A DNA stretch of 19,690 nt from Candidatus Poribacteria bacterium. Lineage in GTDB: Bacteria > Poribacteria > WGA-4E > UBA9662. Under the pieces are notes generated by a model. The model searched no databases. It was not told the DNA's origin and saw nothing but the letters and a program-made list of their open reading frames with translations. Location: assembly GCA_046582655.1 (NCBI GenBank), contig JAYGDX010000081.1, forward strand, positions 1 through 19,690. The letters are read 5' to 3'. Shown here one piece after another: positions 7,353 to 16,535 of the stretch (the stretch's first letter is position 1; every line of letters begins with the position of its first letter). The position numbers and the translations under genes are program-made.

Positions 7353-9101
7353 TCAGCTGCCCGCCTTTCTCAATCGATGAATAATCTGATGGGTGCTATT
7401 CCACCAAGTGCAGGGATGATTATAATTATTCTTTTGTGTTGGCCAACCAATCCAGTAAGTGGTGTCAAAGGGTACCAGTTTCCGAGCTTGCGTGATCGGG
7501 ATCACAACCTGCTCAGCCATGAAGATCTTCATGGCTTCAGACACCAATGGATTAATGGCTGAATCACCCAGCGGCAAGATACCTATCTGAGCCACAATCT
7601 GGCTGTACTTCTCGGCCCCTTCCCCACTCCAACGCACAAAATTATTATGGCCTGGCGAGCGATGGTCAATCGGACGTAGAAACTGTTGCGTGTAGCGGTT
7701 CATTGAAACCCACGGTTCATTGACTGAACCGCAAGCACTCCAATCCATAACAGCCTCAAAATTACCAAAAGCTTGATTTTCAGACCATGTTGAACCGGCA
7801 ACCGAACGGGCAGTTGCCATGATTCCGGCGGCACGAAGCTGCTCGACCACAACTGCGGCAACCCGACGTTTTTCAATAAACCCTTCATGCGTTTGAATAT
7901 TTAGCGACAAGTCTTTACCGTCTTTCTGGTAAAAGCCTCTAGCATTTTTTGCCCAACCGTTGGCCTCGATTAATGCTTGTCCGGCAACCAGGTCCGCCGT
8001 CGGGCTAACCCAAAGATCTTTGACGACATTAATATAAGGCTCCATCTCAGCGTACTGTACAAATATAGTCTTGGACGGTAAAGATGTGCCTTCATAAGCA
8101 ATCTCAACCACCTGTTGCCGATCAATAAATAAGCTCAGTGCTCGGCGCATATCAGGATTATCCCACGGCTCAACCGTATGATTAACAGACATCTGACGCG
8201 GACACGGATCTAGCCAGACATAAGGCAACTGATCCTGCCAAGCGATGACATTCGGATTCATATCCTGAATAGCTTCAAAAGCACCCAATGTAATATCCAT
8301 GATGCTGTCCAGTTGACCATCGGCGGCTAGGAGAGCTCTGTTTTCCTCTGCTCCGCTGACGATCCAAACCAAGCGTTTGGGAACAGGCATATCCATAAAA
8401 CCGGTCTCACTGCCCCACCAAGTATCACGCCTGTCGTACACGAACTCATTTTCTGCCGCTAGCACCAACTTATAGGCTCCGGTACCAAACGGCCATCCCC
8501 TATCCACGTCATAGAAAGTAAAAGTAAAAGGATCTTTGCCTTGCCACACATGTTGAGGAAGCATAATGGCACTACCACCAACTTTTACCGAGAAATAGTC
8601 CAACTGAAATCGGGGGTTAGGCGATTTCAAGCTAAACTGAACCGTTAAGCCGTCAATTCTCTCAACACTATCAACCCACTGTTGCATGTTAGCCGCCTCG
8701 CTAAGTGACAGCGTTTCGTCATTCAACAAGGTCCGAATGGTAAAAACAATGTCATCCGCATCAAACGCTTCCCCATCCGCCCAAGTCACGCCATCACGGA
8801 TTTTCAACGTCCAGGTTTTCAGACTTTGATCGGCAATAAAACTTTCCCCCAACCAGGACTCAATTTCGCCGGTCTCATAATTCAGGATAAAAAGCGGTTC
8901 CCACACACACTGATGCATTCCCTGATTACGATTTATACCGGGAACCATCCAGTTAAAATTGAAGGGATCAGCAACGGCACTGCCATCAATATCGAAAATG
9001 ACAGTATCCTCGCGTTGAACCTTGTCCGCCGCATGACCACAGATACTAAAAATGACAATGGCCAAAATAAAGGTTGGAAATATCGGGATTTTAATTCTCA
9101 T
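7353..9101 (-). CDS. ABC substrate-binding protein, family 5; probably the oligosaccharide-binding clade
   Basis: WEPLF, IRDGVTWADGEAFDADDIVFT, GTGAY and C-terminal TTYWIGWP. I prefer ATG 9101, which has GGAG upstream and a signal peptide, over the track's TTG 9140. Confidence 0.92.
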   Translation of the reverse strand: MRIKIPIFPTFILAIVIFSICGHAADKVQREDTVIFDIDGSAVADPFNFNWMVPGINRNQGMHQCVWEPLFILNYETGEIESWLGESFIADQSLKTWTLKIRDGVTWADGEAFDADDIVFTIRTLLNDETLSLSEAANMQQWVDSVERIDGLTVQFSLKSPNPRFQLDYFSVKVGGSAIMLPQHVWQGKDPFTFTFYDVDRGWPFGTGAYKLVLAAENEFVYDRRDTWWGSETGFMDMPVPKRLVWIVSGAEENRALLAADGQLDSIMDITLGAFEAIQDMNPNVIAWQDQLPYVWLDPCPRQMSVNHTVEPWDNPDMRRALSLFIDRQQVVEIAYEGTSLPSKTIFVQYAEMEPYINVVKDLWVSPTADLVAGQALIEANGWAKNARGFYQKDGKDLSLNIQTHEGFIEKRRVAAVVVEQLRAAGIMATARSVAGSTWSENQAFGNFEAVMDWSACGSVNEPWVSMNRYTQQFLRPIDHRSPGHNNFVRWSGEGAEKYSQIVAQIGILPLGDSAINPLVSEAMKIFMAEQVVIPITQARKLVPFDTTYWIGWPTQKNNYNHPCTWWNSTHQIIHRLRKAGS

Positions 9102-9163
9102 AAACAGTGACTCCAAAAATAAATTTCCGGAAAAACGCAATGCACTAGCATAATAGCCCTTAA

Positions 9164-9172
9164 ATTATATCA
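9164..9172 (-). promoter_or_regulatory. Extended -10 promoter element for the ABC operon
   Basis: Minus strand TGATATAAT (TGnTATAAT) about 60 nt upstream of ATG 9101. Confidence 0.55.
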
Positions 9173-9182
9173 GAACACCTTA

Positions 9183-9206
9183 TATAATAGTCGATTATAA
9201 TAGTCG
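9183..9206. repeat. Direct repeat TATAATAGTCG x2, period 13; candidate operator
   Basis: 9183-9193 and 9196-9206 are identical and lie in the divergent intergenic region. Confidence 0.8.
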
Positions 9207-9252
9207 CTGAAAAGCCAAGTCCATTTTCTGCGAGATAACATATCATCCAATA

Positions 9253-9281
9253 TTGACTATAATGAACTATTAGATTAAAAT
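9253..9281 (+). promoter_or_regulatory. sigma70-type promoter
   Basis: TTGACT (9253-9258), 17-nt spacer, TAAAAT (9276-9281), ending 9 nt before ATG 9291. Confidence 0.6.
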
Positions 9282-9290
9282 CCAAGTGTT

Positions 9291-9725
9291 ATGACAAAAC
9301 GAAACCTGCTTCTTGTATGGCTGTTTGCTTGTTTGACACAAGGATTATATACTTTATTCTGGTACGTTAAAACCAAACGAGAGATGACCATGCAGGGACA
9401 AAATATACTCCCTGCATGGATGTTAATTATCCCTCTCGCCAACTGGTATTGGTTATGGAACTATTCGCAAGCAGTTTCCAAAGTTATAAATCAAAAGCTA
9501 CGCCCCATAACTGTCTATAAAATACTTATCAGTATCCCTATTCTCAGTAACATACTTCTCACAGGCGTGTTACTGGCAAAAGCAGGCATCATTTCCACTA
9601 CTCTAGATCAATCCAGAGTGCAGGTCGTTTTCACCATACTCCTTCAGCTTCAAGCTGTAGCAATAACCATTATCCAAGCATACTTCAACCAAACAGTGGA
9701 TCAAAATACAGTCTCAGAAAGTTAG
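9291..9725 (+). CDS. Small integral membrane protein, DUF4234-like
   Basis: About four hydrophobic segments. The LTQGLYTLFWYVK and IPLANWYWLW patterns resemble DUF4234 proteins as I recall them. Confidence 0.65.
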   Translation: MTKRNLLLVWLFACLTQGLYTLFWYVKTKREMTMQGQNILPAWMLIIPLANWYWLWNYSQAVSKVINQKLRPITVYKILISIPILSNILLTGVLLAKAGIISTTLDQSRVQVVFTILLQLQAVAITIIQAYFNQTVDQNTVSES

Positions 9726-9824
9726 ATAAAAGACAACAAAAACTGCTGCCTGACGCTCATTGATAGTAACAGACCTATAATATAACCTACAGATAGCTAA
9801 GCAAACCACATAAGGAGCCTTAAC

Positions 9825-10919
9825 ATGACAAAAACCTGCCGTGTCGGCTTGGTTGGGTGCGGCGGCATGGGACGCCATCACCTCAGAATACTCAATGATC
9901 TACCCGAATTTGAAATTGCTGCCCTATGCGACATTTCCCAAGAAGCTGCCGATCGAGCAGGAAACGAATACGCTGTCGAAAGGCGATACACCGATTTCGA
10001 TCAAATGTATCAGCATGCCAACCTGGGCCTGGTAACCGTAGCCACCCAGACACGCGGCCATCACGCACCAACGGTTGCGGCTTTACAACAAGGAATTTCC
10101 GTCCTTTGCGAGAAACCGATATCCATAGATCTGGTTGAAGCTGACCAAATGGTTGCGGCTTCAGAAACATCGGGTGCAAAGTTAGCCATCAATCAGCAAA
10201 ATCACGTTAATCCCGGAATCCAGCAGGCACAAGCCATGGTAGAAGACGGCGCTATCGGCGACGTGATTATGATCCGAGGTCGAAACAAAGCTGGACGTAA
10301 AAGTGGAAACGAGTTCATGGAGATGGGCACGCATGTCACAGACATGATGCTCTGTTTCGGAGGTATTCCAACATGGTGCTCTGGCACAATCTATAACGGC
10401 AACCAACTGGCGGGTCCCGAGGACATTATGCAAGCCAAGGAAATGTCTCCGGGCGACCGCGATTCGGGGCTGGTGATGGGAACAAGGGCGATTGCTCATT
10501 ACGGATTTGACAAGGGAATCATGGGTGAAACCCACTTTATTGACTACCAACCCGGTATGAGTGACAATTACGGTATAGACATTCTAGGAAGCCAGGGGCA
10601 ACTGGCTGTTCGAACTTCAGGTTCGGCTGGACAGAATCTTTGGCATCTACCTCGACCAATGGAAGGAACGCCAACCCAATTATCGGATTGGCAACCTGTA
10701 GACCTGCCGGACGATCTGGAAAAAGAACCTGTTATCACCATGTATCAGCGTATGATTCAGGCTATCGAAACAAACACTGAACCGCCAAGCAGCGGTATAG
10801 AAGGACGCTGGGCCTTCGAAATGATCATGGGGATCTATCAGTCCCATCGAGAAGGGCGGCGTATTGAACTTCCTCTGACAGACCGCCGTCACCCCTTAGA
10901 AGAATGGCGTAAATCATGA
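9825..10919 (+). CDS. Gfo/Idh/MocA family NAD(P)-dependent oxidoreductase
   Basis: GLVGCGGMG, CEKP, MGTHVTD; TAAGGAG RBS. Confidence 0.93.
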   Translation: MTKTCRVGLVGCGGMGRHHLRILNDLPEFEIAALCDISQEAADRAGNEYAVERRYTDFDQMYQHANLGLVTVATQTRGHHAPTVAALQQGISVLCEKPISIDLVEADQMVAASETSGAKLAINQQNHVNPGIQQAQAMVEDGAIGDVIMIRGRNKAGRKSGNEFMEMGTHVTDMMLCFGGIPTWCSGTIYNGNQLAGPEDIMQAKEMSPGDRDSGLVMGTRAIAHYGFDKGIMGETHFIDYQPGMSDNYGIDILGSQGQLAVRTSGSAGQNLWHLPRPMEGTPTQLSDWQPVDLPDDLEKEPVITMYQRMIQAIETNTEPPSSGIEGRWAFEMIMGIYQSHREGRRIELPLTDRRHPLEEWRKS

Positions 10920-13467
10920 AAAGAATTTTAAAAATGCGAGATTCAGTCAATCGTTATCCTGCCATGCCTAAACCAGCGGAGGTCTCCGCACCTCAACTTG
11001 ATTGGGAAAAGAAAAACATAACCATGGCTATCAAGGAAAAACAACCACGCTCACCTGACGGCAGATACGGCCTCACATTTTTTGGCCTATTGATAATGCT
11101 GTCAATTTCGACAGGCATTTTCGGGGCACAGATTGCAGCGCAAAATGATGTGGCAGCAAAAGAAAACCCTGCCTATCAGGGTCTGCAACCAAACCAATTC
11201 TTCAAGAAGTGGTTCGTTTTGGGCCCAATTCCGGTTTCTACCGGGAAAACAACTCCAGATCAAGACAAGCAGAAGAAGAAGTTCGAAGCTGAACCTCCTT
11301 TTCGAATTAAAGACCTTTCCTCAGCCAGATCCGGCCATCAAATCGGTGATAAGGAATATCAGTGGCAATTGGTTGCCTCAGAGAATGAGATCTTAGATCT
11401 AAACCAGATCTGCGGAAAAACGGAATTCGCTGAGGCTTATGCCTGGGCGGAAATCCACCTATCAGAACCCAAGAATGTTTTGCTTGGTATTGGTAGCGAT
11501 GATGGCATAAGAGTCTGGCTTAATGGGCAACTCATCCACCAGAACCGGAGTGACCGTCCAGTCTTAAAAGATCAGGATCTAGTGTCTGTTACCTTTAAGA
11601 AAGGTAAAAACCAACTACTGCTCAAAATTCAGAATGGAAGATGGGATTGGGGATTTTGCTGTCGGGTACTAGGTTCCGAAACACTACCCAGAAAATTGGT
11701 CGAGACCGCAGGATTAGGAGATTTAGACACCCTGGAAATGTGTTATCCCATGGAGCGGATATCAATGCCACCACCTACGGTCTGACGGCCCTGCATTACG
11801 CCAGAATCCGTGGGCGAGATGACGTGGTTACGTTTCTGCGCGAAAAAGGAACAAATCCCAAGATCCCGATGCCCGCCCCAGAAACGGTTGTGGATGCTTT
11901 TTTCAAAGGTATCATCAAAGAAGATTTTCCGGGAGCAGCGGTTCTTATCGCTCAAAACGGTGAGATCCTTTACCAGAAGGGATTTGGATACGCTAACCTC
12001 GAACATCAGATTCCAATCACGCCACAAACCAAGTTCCGCATCGGTTCTATTACCAAACAGTTCACGGCATCTGCCATCCTGAAATTGCAAGAAGAAAGCT
12101 TGCTCAAAGTTACAGACCGCCTCTCCAAGTTTCTACCGGACTATCCTCGCGGTGATGAGGTCACCATTCATCATCTGCTGACCCACACTTCAGGAATTCA
12201 CGATTATACCAACCATCCAGAATTTGCTTCAGCAGTGGAAACTTATATTGAAGCAGAAGAGATGATCGAGCTTTTCAAAGCGGATAAGTTTGACTTTGAC
12301 CCGGGAGAAAAATGGTCCTATAGCAACTCAGGTTATTTTCTACTTGGATATATCGTCGAAAAAGTTTCCGGTCAATCCTTGAAAAATTATCTCAAACACC
12401 ATTTCTTTGATCCAACCGGCATGACGAATACCAAGGTCCATGACTCGAAACAAACTCGAAAAAACGAAACCACTGGATATTCCTACGCTGGAGGCGAACC
12501 TAAAAAAGCAGTCAACTGGGATATGTCCCGTGCAGGTGGAGCAGGAAACCTTCACTCCACCATTCAGGATCTTTATCGCTGGAACGAAGCAGTTTTCAAT
12601 GGCAAACTGCTAAACCAAAACACACTCAAATCAGCCTTCACACCAGTGAAAATCAATGATAAAAACCAAGATGACGCCCACAGCAGTCAATACGGTTACG
12701 GCTGGACGCTAATGGAAAAGCGTGGACTGAAAGAGATTGGGCATAGCGGCGGGTTACCGGGATGGATGTCTTATCTGACACGTTATCCTAAGCAGAACCT
12801 GACAATTACCATCCTGGCAAACGCTTCTCCAACGAATCCGAATCTGGTTCTATCAGCTCTGGCAGACAGGATTGCCGAGATTTACCTGTGGCAACAGATG
12901 AAACCCATGGAGTCTTTTGCCACAGACAAAACCGTAGACATTAGTGATGACTATATCGGCCAATACGACTACGCAGGCGGAATAATGACCATCACAAGGG
13001 AAAGAGATCAACTGTTTGCTCAACTGACTGGGCAACCAAAGTTCGAGATTTTCCCTCAATCCGAAACAGAGTTCTTCTGGAAAGTTGTCGACGCCCAAAT
13101 CACTTTCGTCCGTAACAAAAAAGGTGAGGTTGCCCATATTATCCACCATCAAAGTGGACAAACCCTCAAAGCTCCCAGATTAGAACAGAAAAGCGTTGTG
13201 CAGATAGACACAGCCACTTATGGCGATTACGTGGGAGAATACGATTATGGTCATGGTGCTATCCTGACCATAACCAAGGAAGGGAATCGGTTGCTGGCAC
13301 AAATGACAGGCCAGCCAAAATTCGAAATCTTTCCGCAATCCAAGACAGAGTTTTTCTGGAAGGTCGCCAATGCCCAGGTAACATTTGTCAAAAACGATAA
13401 GGGTAACGTTAATAAGATAAGACACTATCAAGCCGGCACTGAAATCCAGGCCCCCAAAATCAAGTAA
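10916..13467 (+). pseudogene. Frameshift-split multidomain serine hydrolase (export signal + beta-sandwich + ankyrin + beta-lactamase-family domain + 2x DUF3471-like); pseudogene or sequence error
   Basis: ORFs 10916..11785 and 11641..13467 join if one base is restored at about 11741 (GAA ATG [T]TG TTA TCC CAT GGA = EMLLSHG), which rebuilds an ankyrin repeat. SITK, YSN and HSG catalytic motifs are intact. The true start may be the later Met of MAIKEK. Confidence 0.85.
12950..13464 (+). repeat. Internal tandem domain duplication (two DUF3471-like units of about 90 aa)
   Basis: DYIGQYDY...AQLTGQPKFEIFPQSETEFFWKVVDAQITFV versus DYVGEYDY...AQMTGQPKFEIFPQSKTEFFWKVANAQVTFV. Boundaries are approximate. 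Confidence 0.9.
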
Positions 13468-13543
13468 GATTGGGGATTAAGAACTTCACCACAGATAATT
13501 TTATCATGAGAGATTTCTCTTCACCATACTTAAGGAGATCAAT

Positions 13544-14581
13544 ATGCGATTTCAAGTTGGTATCATCGGTTGCGGCCGTATGGCCAACACCATTGAAGAC
13601 GAAGTACAAGGACCTCGGCGCGGGGGACTGATCCTTCCCTACTGCCACGCAGGTGGCTATGTGGAGGTGGAAGAAACTGAGATGGTGGCCGCATGCGATA
13701 TCGCAGAAGACAAACTGAACGCATTTACGGAACGGTGGAACGTTCCGCGGGGTTATACTGATTTCCACCAGTTGATCGACGAAGAAAAACCGGATATCCT
13801 CAGTATTACAACACGTCCAGAACAACATGCAGAAGCCATGATCTATGGCGCGGAAAACGGTGTCAAAGGAATGTACGCCGAAAAACCTTTGTGCTGCTCC
13901 CTGACTGAAGCCGATGCCATCAAAGAAGCCTTGCAACGCAACAATGTATTTTTAGAATTTGGTCCTATGCGTCGGAATTGGGCAGTTTACAGACAGGCTC
14001 GACAGATTGCTGAGAGCGGACAACTGGGCGAAATCAAATCGGCACTTGGTTTTTCCGGCAATAGTATCGGCGGCCATTTTCTAGATACGCTACTTTACCT
14101 GTTAGATGATCCTGAGCCAGTCTCTATTAGCGGGACGCTAAGCGAGCTTCATACAGCCGACGGAGACAACAATAACCTCCATTTTGTCCAAGACACGCCA
14201 ATACTTTCGGCATTTGTCAGATTTGACAACGATACTTCTCTGCATGCCGCAGCCACAGGTATAAGTGGTGAATACGAGCTGGTTTGCCAGGAAGGGATCA
14301 TCCGTATTCAAAACGATGGCGAATCAATTCGGGTACGACAAAAGAATCAGGATGCCTACGATCCAATTGAAGTTGCACCGATTGAACCGTGGAGCGGTAC
14401 CGCACAAAAAATCCGTGAACTGGTAGAATCCATCAAAACAGGCAAACCAGGAATCAGCAACCTGAGAGCCACCATGCTGGGGACTGAAATCGGATTTGGT
14501 CTTTACGAATCACACTTGCAAGGCGGGATTGCCATACAACCTCCAATACCAAATCGAGGGCGCTGGGTATCTAGTTGGTAA
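13544..14581 (+). CDS. Gfo/Idh/MocA family oxidoreductase
   Basis: GIIGCGRMA, AEKP, GGHFLD; TAAGGAG RBS. Confidence 0.92.
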   Translation: MRFQVGIIGCGRMANTIEDEVQGPRRGGLILPYCHAGGYVEVEETEMVAACDIAEDKLNAFTERWNVPRGYTDFHQLIDEEKPDILSITTRPEQHAEAMIYGAENGVKGMYAEKPLCCSLTEADAIKEALQRNNVFLEFGPMRRNWAVYRQARQIAESGQLGEIKSALGFSGNSIGGHFLDTLLYLLDDPEPVSISGTLSELHTADGDNNNLHFVQDTPILSAFVRFDNDTSLHAAATGISGEYELVCQEGIIRIQNDGESIRVRQKNQDAYDPIEVAPIEPWSGTAQKIRELVESIKTGKPGISNLRATMLGTEIGFGLYESHLQGGIAIQPPIPNRGRWVSSW

Positions 14582-14650
14582 ACCTGAAACTGATTGCATC
14601 AATCAGTCCAATCAATACCAAATGACATAACAACACTTAAATGGAAAAAC

Positions 14651-16249
14651 ATGATGATACCATCTAGAAAGCAGTATGGAACCGTAGCCGGTCCGCATCC
14701 CCGAACCGTTCAGGTAGGAATGGATATGCTCAAGGCTGGTGGCAACGCCATTGACGCAGCTATCGCTGCCGCTTTCGCTGAAGGTGTGGTTGAACCCAGC
14801 CAAAATGGAATTGCAGGTTACGGCGGCTGTATGGTCATTTACTTAGCTGAACGCCAGGAAGTAACCGCCGTTGACTATAATACAGTTGCCCCGATGGCAT
14901 CTTCAGATCAGATGTTTCCAATCCAAAAAGCGGATGGCCCTGCCGGTTACCATGTACCAGGACGCACTAACATTCATGGACCACTGTCCGTTGGCGTGCC
15001 AGGTGTGGTAGCCGGGCTATGTTTAGCTCTGCAAGAATTCGGTCGTTTACCGCTAGCCCAGATTTTACAACCTGCGATTCAATCAGCCCGATACGGATTT
15101 GTTCCCAATCGGTCGAACCTAAACGGTATCGCAACCAACGCTGATCGGTGGAGACGGGATTTTCCTGAAACTGCACGTGTGTACCTGAAGAACGGCGTTC
15201 CACCTGAACCAAATCAAAAATTAACCAATCCTGAACTCGCCCGGACTTTAGAAATGATTGCCGCCGACGGCGCACCAGCATTCTACAGCGGAGAGATTGC
15301 GCAAAAAATCGTCAATCATATTCAGAAAATCGGAGGATGTTTGACAACTGAAGATTTCCATCAGTACCAAGCCAAGATTGTGGAACCCTACCAGATCCAA
15401 TACCGTGACTGTCGACTTTCTACCCCACCTCTGGGAGCAGGCGGCCTGACCACATTACAGATGCTGCGGTTAATTGAGAATTATGACATGGCGCAAATGT
15501 CCGTCACCCAACGATTGCACCTTCTAGCGGAAGCGATGAAAACCTGCTGGCCAGCACGACTCAAACGGTTCGGAGACCCACTGTTCACAGGTATAGATCC
15601 CTCAACAGAACTTGGTGATCAATTCATATCTGACCTCAAGTCTAGCTTTGAAAATGGGCTGAAATCTCCTCAACCAGGAAAAATAGTTGCTTACGAACCA
15701 ATCAGTTGCACCAGCCACATCTCAATAGCAGACGCAGACGGTAACCTGGTGGCCCTGACACAAACGCATGGCGGCGGGTTCGGTTCTATGGTTACCGTGC
15801 CGGATACCGGACTGCTGCTCGGTCATGGTATCGGGCGTTTTGACCCTCGACCAGGGCTGGCCAATTCGATTGCTCCCGGCAAATCTCCACTGCATAACAT
15901 GTCACCGATGATCGCACTCAGAGGTGGTCGACCATTTGCCACCTATGGGATTCCCGGAGGGCGAACCATTGCCAACAATCAACTTAATCTGACCGTCAAC
16001 CTAATAGATCTGAACATGACTATGCAAGAAGCACTAGACGCACCTCGGCTGCACAGCGAAGGGGCTGAACCTATCCAGATGGAAGATGTAGACAAGTCAA
16101 CTCTAGCAGAATTACAAAAACTGGGACACGAAATTGAACACAGTCCTGGAATTGGCGGCCCGGGACACGGCGTGGTGGTTGCTGACGACCCGGCGATACA
16201 ATCCGGTGGAACCGATCCACGCGGTCAAGGGCGAGTAATTTCGTCATAG
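14651..16249 (+). CDS. Gamma-glutamyltransferase-family Ntn-hydrolase with atypical pocket
   Basis: GGNAIDAA, GVPG, nucleophile TSHIS (Thr codon 15710-15712), PGG, APRLH and DPRG. I prefer ATG 14651 over TTG 14594. No signal peptide is evident. Confidence 0.9.
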   Translation: MMIPSRKQYGTVAGPHPRTVQVGMDMLKAGGNAIDAAIAAAFAEGVVEPSQNGIAGYGGCMVIYLAERQEVTAVDYNTVAPMASSDQMFPIQKADGPAGYHVPGRTNIHGPLSVGVPGVVAGLCLALQEFGRLPLAQILQPAIQSARYGFVPNRSNLNGIATNADRWRRDFPETARVYLKNGVPPEPNQKLTNPELARTLEMIAADGAPAFYSGEIAQKIVNHIQKIGGCLTTEDFHQYQAKIVEPYQIQYRDCRLSTPPLGAGGLTTLQMLRLIENYDMAQMSVTQRLHLLAEAMKTCWPARLKRFGDPLFTGIDPSTELGDQFISDLKSSFENGLKSPQPGKIVAYEPISCTSHISIADADGNLVALTQTHGGGFGSMVTVPDTGLLLGHGIGRFDPRPGLANSIAPGKSPLHNMSPMIALRGGRPFATYGIPGGRTIANNQLNLTVNLIDLNMTMQEALDAPRLHSEGAEPIQMEDVDKSTLAELQKLGHEIEHSPGIGGPGHGVVVADDPAIQSGGTDPRGQGRVISS

Positions 16250-16535
16250 CAAGGTCATCTCAAGTCAATTTCAAGCAGACCCATTTCACATTCAATGTCG
16301 ATTCGCAAGAGGAAACGACCAGATCATCGACAACAATCTAAGAGAGGAACTCAAGTGCCAGTGGCACCCTCAGTCGGAAATGAAAAATTTCAAAGTCACT
16401 AATGCCAACGAAGCTATTTAGAACTAACCCATTTTAGTCAGGATCTTAAATTTAACAATTAAACGATTTATGGTAACAAACGAAGACCTCATTAGTTTCA
16501 AATAGTCTGCCACAAGAAAATGGCAAAGGTTATAA

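Noticed and set aside
11641..13467. Calling this a true beta-lactamase or resistance gene
   Set aside because: SxxK/YxN/HxG with DUF3471-like domains is typical of the broad peptidase/esterase family, and there is no evidence of beta-lactam specificity.
16355..16367. Palindrome GTGCCA-G-TGGCAC as a sigma54 promoter or terminator
   Set aside because: There is no TTGC -12 element at the right spacing on either strand, the 1-nt loop is too small, and there is no U tract.
16295..16402. 35-aa basic ORF MSIRKRKRPDHRQQ..., vaguely like a transposase N-terminus
   Set aside because: There is no RBS, terminal inverted repeat or downstream DDE remnant. A blastx search would be needed.
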